Below the pieces are notes generated by a model, which was given only the letters and a program-made list of their open reading frames with translations, made no database searches and was not told where the DNA came from. Below, one piece after another: positions 50,503 through 64,000 of a DNA stretch of 64,000 bases; positions within the stretch are counted from its first letter, which is position 1; each line of letters starts with the position of its first letter. Location of the stretch: positions 125,896 through 189,895 of the forward strand of contig NW_018407883.1 in the NCBI RefSeq assembly GCF_002113885.1. The letters run 5' to 3'. The position numbers were made by a program, and so were the translations under genes. Source of the DNA: Mizuhopecten yessoensis. Lineage: Eukaryota.

Positions 50503-53500
50503 AAGAAAGTCTACAGTTCTGGTCCCACATTCATGCTCGAACTTGGATTATGTGATGAGCTTAATTCTTTAAGTGAACAACATGAACAGTGTGAGAAGTT
50601 AAACATTTATTTGTAAGGATGATGAGAATGACTTTCTGGAATTAAGTACTACTTTAAGTTTGATAAAATATTTCATTTTTAACAAGATCACATGAAGATG
50701 TTGTTAATAGAAATGGTCTCTGCAAAACAAATCCTCCACAAAATTATATTTTGTATAAACAGTTAGAGGACAGTTTTAATTTAGAGTTATTTCCCTTCCA
50801 CAAGAGCATTTTTCAGAATCCCACCAATTAGACTTCCTCTTCTGTGTCACAATAAGTAACATCATCAGCGACAATCAAAAAACAATTCTGTCTTCAGGTA
50901 CACATTCATCATGTACCAGTGTTTGATCAAATTATAAAAATCATGCCGTAGTTGATGATTGTCAGGTGAAGGTGAACATCAGATGTCAGAAGAGGAAGTT
51001 TAATACATGGCCATACGGATATAACAGAGTGATGAAAACACTTTGAACCAGCACTGAACATCAGGGGTAAGCTAAACACAGACAGGACCACATACAGGAT
51101 CTGGTATACAAAATACACTTAAAGGGAATGATTGCAGTTCAACTTGTATTATCATCTGACCCTACTGTTTAAAAAAATCACTACTCTTACTTGTATAATG
51201 AATCATTTCTATTCAAGATACTTTAAGAATATATCATGTTCACATTTTCCCCAAAAATATTTAGAAACATAGTTTTTTTCTTTACTTATACTTATGAATG
51301 TTTTCCTTTATTTCTGACAGAAGTTTTTTTTATTACTGATATATATTACTAAAATAACTGTTCTGCTTGTGTCAAATTTGTCAAAATGATTATGCAATAA
51401 AACAGAGGAATAATTTTAAATAGATTTTATAATATGAAATAGAAACAATTTTAAATGACATTATTATCTGAAATTAGAACAAAATATATACTTTAACTGA
51501 CAAAATATATTCAAAGAGTGAAAGAAAGAAAAATCACAACACTGCAAAAATTATGTACTGCAAGGATAAAAGGAGAGAATTTGTTCTGTCAAATGAAAAT
51601 TGAAAGAAAGCTTAACTTCAAACTTAAAAAAATAATTAACATATGCCTACAGACTATATTCAAGCACAATAATAGCAATTAATCTTTTAATTGGTTGATA
51701 TTTTTTCAAATAATTCATCATCTTTTTCCATCTCTTTTAAAAATTTGAACTTTTGACGATAAAAATTTCCAGATTTCGAAAAGTTCAAAAACCTTGATTT
51801 TTCCCCCTACACATAGAGAAATGACTATTAATTTGATTGATTCATAAAAGGAATCGATGATTTTCTCCAGAATAATGTATGTAATAACTATAACTATAAC
51901 GTTTATAAATTTTGCACAGATACAGAAATGTAGTTGGGCAGCACATGAACAACACATTATGCGTTTTACCAGGATACCACAGTAAAGTCACAGACTTACT
52001 TCACTGCACAGGGTCCATAATGTCTTGTTTATATATAAAAGCAAATTCCTGAATATATGGTAGCTCTTTTTCATAAAATGCATGGCATATCTTGAATACA
52101 TATGAAAGCATTAGGAATGCGGGTTTAGCCAACAAATGTATCCTGGTTTAGCCGGTTTTATTTCTAAGGCTTGCTAGAGACTACTGAATTAAAATAAAAC
52201 AAATTTTCTTGGAGGAAAGAGTTTTCAGTTGAGTAAAAGATAGATTAGAATTTTCTAAAAATCAAATGGTAATAAAACTATCTATTTCCAAAAATCCAAA
52301 TATTTTTATTGTTATAAAGTTGAATCAAATATGAAATACAGTAAACAAATATTGCTTCTTTGCTAATATAATAAATGTAATACTTCCTGTAACATTTCTA
52401 ATTTTGTTGTCAAAAGTGTTTACAATAGATTTTTCAGGAATACAATAATGAAGTATAAGATTATTTTTTTTAAAATTCAATTCAAATTTTCTAATGATTC
52501 TGAAAATAGAATGCATATAACAAGCATTAAAGGTTTTGGGTACTTTAAGGTGATTGTCGGAGGGGAGAAGGGGCCAAACATAGGGTAATTCTGGTGGTTT
52601 TTTCAAGAACAGATTTCTTAAAAATTGACTCAACCGACCAAGGCAGATCCAGTCTGAATGGGTGATGACATATGATACTTACACATTGGTAAGTATTAGA
52701 GCTGGCAAATAATGAAATCAGGCTGAACGATTATCATTATCTGTCACCGATACAGCTATGTAGGTCACAGAAATGGATTCAAATTGATCTAGTGGTTATT
52801 TTTAACCATAAACAACATAAGCTATTTTATCAAGATTTAAAATATATCATATTACTTCTACTAAAGCAGACGTTCAGCTAAATAATGCCTCAAGATTGTC
52901 AATATATTTTTTGTTTTTGTACATATGACAGGTGGTGACTGAATAACAAATCGAGGTTGCCTTGCATTTGGTTATGGAAAAAAATCCATATCATGGTCAA
53001 GCGTACAATGGTGAAGTAGGGAGACAGTGTCTTGTGAGCGTAGCACACCTGATGTTCATGCTTTTTCAAATGGGAAACAGTGGCTATAGAAACAATGAAG
53101 CAGATATCTGGCCTAGGGTTATGCGACTAAATCAAACTGAAAGCGTTACCATAGTTACCTGTAGGGAAAGCTTGATCGCCTCCCTTGAGACGACATTACA
53201 ATTTTTGTCTGACTAGAAATAAATGATTGACATTAATTTTTTTTCTCTTTTTTTTCTCTTTCTACTTTTAAGTTTTGCATGTTTGTGACATGCCTGAGTT
53301 TAAAAATAGAAATGACTTAGCATAGTCCTTAGAAAATGGGATTTTTTTGTGACGTGGACATTTTTCAAAAGTTTAATTTGATGGAAAATAAACATTCATA
53401 TATGAAAATATATGAAGAATTTTTTTCATCACCTTGAAATTTTATCAGGATTTTTTTTTAATTTACGCTACCATTAATGGAGCAGAAATGCAAAAATTTC

Positions 53501-53929
53501 CACTCACAAAATATTGTATTTATAAACCAGAAGGCAAATAATAGGTTGAGTATATTTTATATTTAATATATAATTAAAAATAAAGTTGAATGGCTTCATA
53601 TGCCAGAAAAAAATCAAATAATATCAAACAAACTGTATCAGTTGAACATTTTTTGAAAAAATGTAACCATATTGCAATAACTTTGTAACATTTTTAACGA
53701 AATTACGGTATGTGTAAGACCTTATGCCTTTTGGTTTCAATTCCAATTTCCTACAACGAAAATATGAGCTTTCACTTTAAAAAGAAAAAAGAAGAAAGCT
53801 CAGACTTTAGACGGACCAAGTTAAGCTATAGACAAGTATATTGCCCATCACAATCATTATTTTCTTAAATCTTGTAGACCGTTGTGAAGGTTCGTCTTGC
53901 ATGAATTAGTAAGAATATAACAGAATACT

Positions 53930-54026
53930 TTAACTCATTCACCCCTTCATATTTAAACTGGACTTGCCCAGTGTTTGATTTGGTAAGGTTCAAATGTGAC
54001 TCAAGGGTTGAATGGCCATGGGTTAA
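53930..54026. mobile_element. TTAA-flanked MITE (piggyBac-like)
   Basis: TTAACTCATTCACCCCT...GGGTTGAATGGCCATGGGTTAA; the internal sequence is the reverse complement of the 63529-63619 copy. Confidence 0.7.
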
Positions 54027-55875
54027 TAATATAGATTTTCATAACAGTCTTTTTTTAAACCCTTTTTAACGTATTCATAAAGATTTTTTTCTTTTCTATT
54101 AACAGAATTTCAAAGAACTTGATAAAAAAAATCACAAAAAAATCAATTGTTTACTGGTATTTGAGAGGACTAGTAAGATTATCAAAGCTACTTTGACTGA
54201 ACATTTCAATTCTATTATTGAGGGGTTTTTCACCTGGATAAAGAAGAGCTTATTGAATGTTCTAGAATACATATTGTAAATAAAGTATATGAAATATGAA
54301 TTAAATGTAGCAAAGGAAAAGAATATGACAGGAATAAACACAATTTATTGTATAATCAATATGACAATTATATGACGTTATATAGACACAAATATATAAT
54401 TTCTACTGATTAAAATACATAAATTACAAATTGACACCAAGAACACAATTACTAATACTGAGAAGTTTTCAAAAAATTAATGTATAACCATAAATGATAT
54501 TTATAACTCAAATATATTTGCAAATTATCATTTTTTCTATAATTTGTGGAAAAGTGCCAACATGGAGCCAAATAAATAATGCTATGTTTAAAATCTCTAA
54601 TGCTGTGGTCTGTGTTGAGCAATGATTCAATGCTGTGACATTTTTTTTATCAACAGTTAGGTTTAAAACCAATTTATATATTAATATTCAGATTATTGTA
54701 GCGATCAATTAATGTAGATATTGTCAATATTTGTGCAACTAAAAGCTCATTGCCAGTGGTAAAACACTAAATGGTTTAACTGAATTCATTCTCAGCAGAT
54801 TTAACAAAAACACTCGCGAATATTAAGTACATCTTCCAAAATATATTGTATGAAAAGTATAGGCAACATGATTTTTCATGTGATGGAAGATATACCCAAT
54901 ATCAAAAGCAAATGTGATGGGATGACAAGTGATTGGTCAGAAGTTTTGACCATAAGGTGACCACTCTATAACATCAGTAATTATTAACAGCTGACCAATG
55001 AGTGACACACACGAATACTTAATATTAAAATAAATCTTAACTTTAACATGCCTTAATTAATCACCTCATCATTTAATAGGATTTAATAGGATATTAGTGG
55101 ATGCAGGCATTACTGCCTCTATATCCACAACAATATAGTTTGGAAATTCATTGTGGTAAACAAAAAATAAGCCTATATATAAGGAGCTGTATGATCGTAC
55201 TTCAACTCAAGATATTTCCAGAATTTGTCCAAGTTTTTCTAAAGTCAAATACGACATTTAATTGTTATTTTGAAAATTTCACCTTATATTATTAAGATAT
55301 TTTTAATAGATATGAAGTAACCTGACGTTTTTTCATTCTTAAAGTCACAGGGGGTTAAAGGTTCATGATTATGTTACATAATATTGTCTTTGGTTGATTT
55401 TGTTTTTGAGGATGTAAGGGATGCATTACTATTTCATTTTCCTCAACTTCGGGAAAAAAATCTTATTTCAATAATAATGTTTGAAAGACATCTTCACCTT
55501 CTGTCTTCAGTAACTTTGTGCGGACAACATACATTGTTTTCTTTTATTCTCAGAAATAGAAAAAAGAATATAATATTGCATTAATATCTGTTAGTGGTGT
55601 AAGGAAGAATATGGTTTATTTATATATTAATTATCAAATTTAAGAATGGAAAATTAATTCTAATTTTCAAGATTGTAGGAGATTAATAACTTCACATGAA
55701 GTTCCATGATGCATATGATGACTTAAAATTTCCTAAATTTGAAACATCTTCGCATTGTGTAAGACATATTACTCAGGGACACAGATCTAGAAGTTTATAT
55801 AGATTAGATGTGTAATTTCAGAGTCGACAGGACAACTATCATTCTTTAATTCTACTGAGGTCAGAGACAACTTAC

Positions 55876-56029
55876 ATTTTCGTGTGTTTGCGACTGCGAC
55901 TCCTCAGAGGCAGTAACAGACCCAGTAGGGAGCTGTTTGACTTGGACTCGACTTTAGTGACATTGGAAGGACTGTTCACTGGGTCCGGTAACGTTCCATC
56001 TGGCACCTTGTCGCAGGTAATGATCAGAT
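55876..56029 (-). CDS. TMCC1: Putative upstream TMCC exon (5'UTR or N-terminal extension; supplies the AT of a split AT|G)
   Basis: ttttccag|...CGAAAAT|gtaagt. It is open in the frame that joins 44290 (DLIITCDKVPDGTLPDPVNSP...RSRSRKHTK-M-KKSD) and has elevated GC. Confidence 0.6.
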
Positions 56030-58560
56030 CTGGAAAACACCAAATTTAACGTACTATGGAAAACTGTGTAAAAAGTAAGAAATTAATATTACCTAATTTC
56101 TTTGCAACAAAAACTGGAATCAATGTAATTTTAAACCTGGTGTTACTTTAACAGTATCAAACAGAACATATATGTCATTACAGAGATGCTTGTCAAATGT
56201 GTAGCCATCAAAATGTAATGCAAAAAAACTTGTAAAAAGTCAGACAATAAACATATGCAAAGCCAATACAAATAGACAAAAACTGATTCTTTTTCCAAAA
56301 ACAGAGATAAGAGACATCACACATTGGTAAGTCTTGTGTTCCTGAAACTAGATTTTGATCCATACTTGGATTTTTACTGAGTGGGAGTACATGAAAACGT
56401 ATTTGCTTTCCACTCCTGATCACATGTGATATTTTTTAGCAGGAAACAGTCTTTTATAATGCGATGACCATTTTGATTCCTGGATGAAGATTATCAACAC
56501 CTCTCTGTCCATTACCTTTAGCTTAAAGCAGCTTTCATAACAAGGTAATGCACTAATCATTGTATCTCCACTCCATTAAGGTTCTACATGAGGAATTAAT
56601 CGGTTACCATGGTAACAACATCAAGGTACGTGTAATTAATACAGGTGGGCAGGCTGAAGCAATTAGCGAAAAGTCGCTTTGTTATTATATCGGTATAGAA
56701 GTCGGATTGTTACTATTCTAGAGGACACCGTCTAGAATCAATGACAGGTTTCAGTTCCACCCAAAGGAAGAAATAGTCTTCACATGTTATTAACAGATGA
56801 TGCTGTTTGTTTGAAGTACGATGTCTCATTACATCGACATTAGTTGGGTTCTCATACTTGCATTGTATAACAAGCATCTGTCTGTGTACATGTAGACACT
56901 CAAGTAACTGCTTGAAATATTCTGACAACAATGTTGACGACAACAACCCCCTTTCCCCCGTCCCTGTTTTCTAAGTATTAATTACTTACCGATCATTTCT
57001 TTCTGCCAACGATATTTAGCTCTGTGTATCTGAGCGACTAGGCCACTAAACATGGAGCAATAAAAAGGCCTCCCCTGGGAGTACTGGCCTGGTATATACC
57101 CATATAAGTATAGTAATAATGTAGGCTATACTTGATGAGAAATTAATTTGTATCGGGACGAGGCCATGAGGATGATAATCAGTAGGTAATGTTATGCCAA
57201 CAATTAATTTCATTATAGAAATTACCCATTAGTCAGTAAATATTGATGAAGCCGTCAACAATTTTCACATGTGAATAAGCCATTCTTCCTACATATACAC
57301 ATAACTTAGACATTACACCTACATACCTGTAATATTTAATTAACCATTAACTACAGTTGTATCTCAATGTCAGTGACATTTATATCCTATACAGGTCTTC
57401 GTGAAAACAACAGCAAAGTAACGACAGCACTTCATCTTTATTCCACTAAAACCTACGTCATCACAGAACAAAAGCAAACTAACTTGGTCTTTATTTTACT
57501 ATAGTATTTGTAACTGTCCTCGCATCAAAATTCAATTGTGGACCAAGCTATATTTGTACCTGGCCTTTTTTTAATGCCCAGTATAAGTAATTGAACGCTA
57601 TTTATTTCCAGCACTTCTGTGTCCCGTGAGATGAATGGCTTCAATAAACGGCATTGTTAGTTTAGTTCTGGTGCATTGATTGACACGTCAAACTAAAGCC
57701 TGATCGGCCATGCATGTAATGATTCTGTCTATTTATATCTATCTAAAGGATGAACTTTGTTTAACAATATGGAAAAATTACCATTACATCAGAGAGATGT
57801 CCCACAGGACAGCTTAAGTTAGCGTACGTTTATTACTATAATTGTCAAACGTGACTGCATGGCCAGGATTGCTCATGTTCTGACCATCAAAACAGATCTG
57901 TTCCATCTCCAAACTTGCGGGGGCTTCATTAACTCAAAGAATATTAAAAAAAAAAGAAGGTTTACTTGATTACTTTAAATAAACATCAGTGAAGTCGGGT
58001 TTGGTTAGCAATCATTATAAACTTTACACTCGTAGATAATAGATATCAATGTCACTCTATACCAATGTTTTCTGTACACATAATGGGCGTTCTATTTAAA
58101 CGTTTCACTACATACTGTATGTGACCTATTGTGTCACCATGGCCAGCTTCTATACAAATTTTCTAATCAGTTGTAATTTGTTTAATGGGGGATATAGCGT
58201 CATTTGTCGAACAAATGATGTTGGTTTTGTATTTCTAGTCAAGGTTAATTAAGGATGGACCAAACAAGTGCTGAAGTGGTGAAGTACAATAGTATCGGTT
58301 CCTGGAAATGTTTTTCAAGTTTTATTTACCATTAAAAAAGTCACTATGTGTAGAACAATAACACTTCTCTGGGTAAGTATAAGCGACGCTTACATGAATG
58401 GGTCGACAAGACTTTGGTGAGAAGGTCACAAAACCTAGCAGAACATTACATCTGTAGCACTTTATCCTGTACATCACAGTGATGCATACTTTATGTTCTG
58501 GTTTTATTGTGAGGCTGCACGTGCATGCACTGTGTATACTTTCACCTGCCATTATCTTAC

Positions 58561-58720
58561 CTCCGTGTTAATAGTTTACCGTATTTATTCACATCACTCC
58601 AACCTTCCTGAAATCAATTGTAAGAATTTCATACAACACTTGAGTGCGAACTATACACTAATACACTGACAGGCCAGCAGTTACAAGGACCCCGCCATGT
58701 TTCTGACCATACTTCCCATT
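58561..58720 (-). promoter_or_regulatory. Putative TSS and first non-coding exon of TMCC
   Basis: Minus strand reads GGAAGT (ETS-like) then AAACATGGCGG (YY1-type motif typical of housekeeping 5' ends), and ends in the donor GAG|gtaaga at 58560. Confidence 0.45.
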
Positions 58721-58947
58721 TGTTTTTGGTTTGTTTGTGTTTTACGTCCTAATTAACAGCTATGGTCTTTAAAGGACGTGCCAGGTTTTGGTAGTGGAGG
58801 AAAGCCGGAGTTCCCGTGGAAAAAACCAACAACCTGCGGCCAGTACCATGCGACTGCCCCACGTAGGTCTCGAACCCACGACCTAGTGGTGGGGGCCTAG
58901 TGGAAGCAGAACATCCCCCATGTGTCTGACTATACTCTCCCATGGCC
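58720..58947 (-). mobile_element. tRNA-derived SINE with a V/MESC-type conserved core
   Basis: Minus strand: degenerate tRNA head with GGGTTCGAGACC B box, core GGTTTTTTCCACGGGAACTCCGGCTTTCCTCCAC, tail GGACGTAAAACACAAACAAAC. Confidence 0.8.
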
Positions 58948-61900
58948 TATTTTGAAACGACCAATCGATTAATTCACTTTATTGCCAAATACTTGTAGCA
59001 TCTTACTCAAAGTGTCATGAAACTGAACTAACATTGAAAAATAAATCCAATTTTCACTTAAGTTATGTAATATTGAGACAGACTGTATTGATCGCACCTG
59101 ACAGTCCGGATCAATGGTCTACGGAGAGACTATATTCTATGTAACCAGGGGTCACAACGTTTGGATCAATATTCCTCGACAAAATGTATTTAAGATTCTC
59201 TGGGGACGATTCACCACGGTATTCCCATTACATCATAAAAGACTCTTAACTCAATACAACAACATAATAACGAGAATGGTTCATCTGATCCAGGAAAAAA
59301 TGATCGCCCGGCCGCCATCATCAATATACAATAACTCTCTGACCACAACCATGTAGGGAATCCTGAAAGGATTTTTGTCTATCAATAAAGTACTGTAACG
59401 CTTACTCAGCAATTTTTTCTTTGGCAGTAAACAATATCTCCCATTAATGTTCATTACTACTGAGCTAAACTTATATGTCCTGGCTGATACTCTCGGAATC
59501 GAATGACGCAGTCAATCAAAACACTGAGAATTTATAAATTTGTATATTAAATGGAACAATTCGTTAGAGTATTTATGGAATGAAAAAGAATTCAATGAGA
59601 CATTTTTGTTTTATTATTTTTTTATCTATTTTTTAAACGATTTATTTTGGTCCTAAATAGTAATTTGAACGATGAAAATGAAATCCTTAACTGACATAAG
59701 AAATCAGAATATTTAGGCCCCAGCAGGGCCATCATATATACATACATGACACTGAAGGTGACGTAACAATCAGCTACTTTTTTCCAAATTTTGAAATCTA
59801 TCTGCTCCATTTATACCCAGCATTAACAGGGGTGTCAAATGTCATACCCTAATTTGGAGACATTTCTATGAATAGGGTGTGACCTTATGGTTCAGCCAAC
59901 AGATTAACTTTGACTGTATTCTTGTAGCAGTTGCAAGGGACCTTTGTACCAAAAATACTGGTGTGGGGGCAGCATCATCAATCCTTATGATAATGATTCG
60001 AACTTTACACCTCCCCGGGGTCTGAAGGACAATCCGATACCCTCCTACACCAGCACACAGATTAAAACAAATCAAATCCCTTCAACTCACAGTAACAAGC
60101 TTCAATTTCTTTTTAATTTTATTTTGCCATTTTTAATTCATGTATAATTATAATAGTTTAACATTGTTTTTACCTTACATTGACTAAGATAATTTCCATA
60201 TAAGAGTTAAGGTTAACTAACAAGGACTTTATCTTCTTTCCAGTTGAGTAACACTAGAAACTTGTTTTGTACATATTATCAATTAATATTCAAGATTAAA
60301 AACACATTAAATATGAAAGGTAACAATTAAGGCTGAATGCTTTCGATATCAGATCAGGTAATCAGAAAATATTTAATTCATCTTAAACAAAATTAAGGGA
60401 CTTAACTCTTACACAGATAATGGGTAAAGTGTGTAAGATAGCATACAGTATTTGTATATATTACCTTGAATACAAAGATTTCATATGCAGATGCCTGTAA
60501 TACTTCATATATCAAGAACAACAAAATGCCTCAAATTTTCATTTTGACGGCAAAATTGTAATTTCAATCACTAACAACTATTAGTTATTATTGTCTGTAT
60601 TTTTAATTATTGTCTGATAATCTGCAGATTTTTCCTGAATTTCTGCAAAAGACCAACACAACCATTACCACATGTACAGTGTCATTACTGAGATCATTCT
60701 ACATGGTGAGAAATTAAATCTTTTACATTTTGTATTTCAACAAAGAAATTGCATCTACAAGAAACAGAATCGTGATATTCTAATTTGTATTGATAGTTAT
60801 ATACATGTATTAACAAATGCACTTCAATCTTGTCGACCTGGGTTTTTCCTGAACCTGAAGGTCAAATTTAGGAACAGGATATTATGAATTTTATACACTT
60901 TTAAGGACGCGTTTCCCTTGGTTTTACCCTCGATACATGTATATTTTCTGTCTTATAGAAAAGTGACAGGGGACCTTAGACCCTGCATGAGTTCGATCAA
61001 AATGCTAAGGAAGACCGCAATGACCTCAGGGCCATGGCGACTGACCTTCCTTATATCCTGTCACAGGACGTGTGTCTGTCAGGATACGTGTGTGTCATCA
61101 TCAATGAGTGTATGTCTTAACATCAGGGTAAAATCACTTCCAGCACCCCAGGGGCATGGTACAAAACTATGGCACAGGGGCCTAGTTCAAAACCCACAGC
61201 ACAGGGACATGGTACAAACTACGGCACAGGGGCCTAGTTCAAAACCTACAGTACAGAACCAACAACACAGGGGCATGGTGCAAAAGTTTCTTTTGTTTAT
61301 TATATGAAGCTTACAACAAAGGATAGGATTAATTTTCTATTTTACATTTAAACCATCCCCCTACATCCTTTTTCAATTTCCAATCATATTGACAACTCGG
61401 AACTCTTCAGTATAACAAACAATCATGATCAGTTATCACCTAAATATCCTCTTTCCTAATGACATACAGTAAAAGTACATTCACCACTTACATGTTTATT
61501 GTTCTTTATGTCTCCTGATAAGGAATTTTATCATGGAACTCCTAATAATGAACCATGCCATAACAAACTAATGTCTTACATCATTAGGGTTACATACAAT
61601 GTACATGTAGGGTGTAAATGGGGTCATTTAAGCCTTTATCAAAGGTAAGCTATGTGCATTGTCTACGTACCAGTGATGTATGTGTATTTCGTATCAAGGC
61701 ATGTTTTAATGATTGACACAACTTAATCCGAATTTGTAGGACCAGCCTCCTACAACATCTTGTAGCAATCATAGAGAAGGCATGCCTATCATTTGCATGA
61801 GTGTTTAAAGTGTGTCTCTTACATCTACAGTGACATGGAAATGAGTATTTGTGTCACACAGACATCTTGGGCTTGTGTACATGGTGGAACAATGTAAGAT

Positions 61901-61969
61901 ATGTACCAGCTGGTCCAGGAACTCAGCTATCATAATGTAGTCTTAGGGAGGCTGACAGCAACAAACATA

Positions 61970-62795
61970 CCGTAATCATTCTAGTACTGACGACAAGTAA
62001 TCTTTACCCTCGTAATCATTCTAGTATTGACGACAAGTAATCTTTACCCTCGTAATCATTCTAGTATTGACGACAAGTAATCTTTACCCTCGTAAGCATT
62101 CTAGTATTGACGACAAGTAACCTTTACCCTCGTAAGCATTCTAGTATTGATGACAAGTAATCTTTACCCTCGTAATGATTCTAGTACTGACGACAAGTAA
62201 TCTTTACCCTCGTAATGATTCTAGTACTGACAACAAGTAATCTTTCCCCTCGTAATCATTCTAGTACTGACGACAAGTAATCTTTACCCTCGTAATGATT
62301 CTAGTACTGACGACAAGTAATCTTTACCCTCGTAATGATTCTAGTACTGACGACAAGTAATCTTTACCCTCGTAATCATTCTAGTACTGACGACAAGTAA
62401 TCTTTACCCTCGTAATCATTCTAGTATTGACGACAAGTAATCTTTACCCTCGTAAGCATTCTAGTATTGACGACAAGTAACCTTTACCCTCGTAAGCATT
62501 CTAGTATTGATGACAAGTAATCTTTACCCTCGTAATGATTCTAGTACTGACGACAAGTAATCTTTACCCTCGTAATGATTCTAGTACTGACGACAAGTAA
62601 TCTTTACCCTCGTAATCATTCTAGTACTGACGACAAGTAATCTTTACCCTCGTAATCATTCTAGTATTGACGACAAGTAATCTTTACCCTCGTAAGCATT
62701 CTAGTATTGACGACAAGTAATCTTTACCCTCGTAAGCATTCTAGTATTGACGACAAGTAATCTTTACCCTCGTAATCATTCTAGTATTGACGAGC
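61970..62795. repeat. 40-bp minisatellite, about 20 copies, plus a degenerate tail to about 63130
   Basis: Unit CGTAATCATTCTAGTA(C/T)TGACGACAAGTAATCTTTACCCT; an internal 360-bp higher-order duplication is visible (62081 vs 62441). Confidence 0.95.
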
Positions 62796-63528
62796 ATCAA
62801 ATACCGTTGATATTTTTAAGTACTGACGACAAGTAACCTATACAATCATAATTATTCTAGTATTGACAAGCACCATATACTGTAGTTATTCTAGTAAACT
62901 TAACAGCAACAATAGTTATTGTTGACAAATAACATACAATCTGAAGTTATTATTGCGAATCAAGATGAAACAACATATATCGTAGTTATCCTTATATTAT
63001 CAGGCAACACATAATGGAGTGGTTCTAGTATTGACAAGCAAAGTATAATGTAATTATTCTGGTAATGAAAAGTATAAGGTATACCGTAGTTATTCTAATA
63101 TTGACAGATGTTATACCACTTATCCTTTTGTTGTCAAAGAACATTTTACCAAAGTTAATCTATTTGGTTCACAGATAACCTTTACCCATTTACCCCTCCC
63201 TAAAGTCACATTTAAACCTTATACCAAATCAAATACTGGGCAAGTCCACTTTTAATTTGTAGGGATGAATGAGTTAATAACATAATTATTGTAGTAGACA
63301 ACACAGACTACATCTACCATGACTGTTTTAGTGTTCCCACTGTAAGCGAGGGCTGAAACCCCTGCGATGTGTTATATATATAGTTCTGTATGTACTGTGT
63401 GACAGTGAGTACACGGTGATCACTACAACTATACCTCAATAACACCCATCATTACACACATTCACTTACTGCTTTGTGATACAGAAATGTTCTTCAACAA
63501 ACCTTCTGAGTCCTAAACACGTAAGATT

Positions 63529-63619
63529 TTAATCCATTCACCCCTAAAGTCACATTTGAACCTTACCAAATCAAAGACTGGGCAAGTCCAGTTTAGATAC
63601 GTAGGGGTGAATGAGTTAA
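63529..63619. mobile_element. TTAA-flanked MITE (piggyBac-like)
   Basis: TTAATCCATTCACCCCT...AGGGGTGAATGAGTTAA; a second, more diverged copy lies about 340 bp upstream (63185-63277). Confidence 0.8.
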
Positions 63620-64000
63620 TCATACATATATGCTTAATGTTAGAGACATTTATTCTAAACCATCAACATCTATGGTGCCGTTTGTCAAATGGGACTACAA
63701 AAGGTCAAAGGTCAAACTCTAATTTCCCCCTGAACATATGAATGTTTGTTAAATGTTTGGGGTACTTTGAACAGTTGTCGACTGTGTGTATCAATGTGTT
63801 CAATAAATGTCAACGGTATAAAACCAATGTTTTGTTTAACATTTTTTCTCAGAAATTTCCTTGAACAAAACGGTTATCTAAAACCCTATAAATGATTCAA
63901 ACCTTCAACTGACAATGATGAAGAGACAGGAATATAATAAGTACATTGTATACCAAGCTTCTAATTCTGTGGGGAAACCATACATAACTGTATGTAGTGG

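Noticed and set aside
59944-60147. Trypsin-like serine protease fragment (YWCGGSIINPY)
   Set aside because: It is not followed by the W(V/I)LTAAHC motif, and no other protease exon or suitable donor was found; probably chance.
61970-62795. A fourth splice-donor minisatellite
   Set aside because: Only weak donor matches (GAGG|GTAAAG on minus, CGTAAGC in some plus units) and no adjacent exon or known host strand.

Overview
Eukaryotic, AT-rich, intron- and repeat-rich genomic DNA. The repeat landscape (Helentron/HINE-type element, tRNA-derived SINEs, TA- and TTAA-flanked MITEs) suggests a lophotrochozoan, probably a bivalve mollusc; this is inferred. Two convergent spliced genes can be rebuilt by hand with consistent GT-AG junctions and phases. 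(1) On the + strand, 12 exons in 5054-15105 (about 691 aa; the 5' exon(s) lie upstream of the window) encode a Cys-rich EGF-like N-terminus fused to a clan GH-A-like glycoside hydrolase domain. Its motifs (GMNLGG, LYDGEG, FRYMDF, PWFNIPH, EYSNEVWN, YEGG, SKYGSWG) resemble uncharacterised bacterial 'cellulose-binding domain' proteins, making it a candidate domesticated horizontal transfer. (2) On the - strand is a TMCC-family (transmembrane and coiled-coil domain) gene, with core CDS exons at 44290-23449 and putative 5' exons at about 55.9-58.7 kb. The most unusual non-coding pattern is that at least two large intronic minisatellites (1-880 and 27803-29113) are tandem amplifications of an exon end plus its 5' splice site, and a third (30060-32405) carries about 69 sense-strand AAG/GTAAG donor consensus sites. 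There is one assembly gap (32824-33804), inside a TIR element with a 9-bp TSD. No CRISPR array, rRNA or convincing functional tRNA was found.
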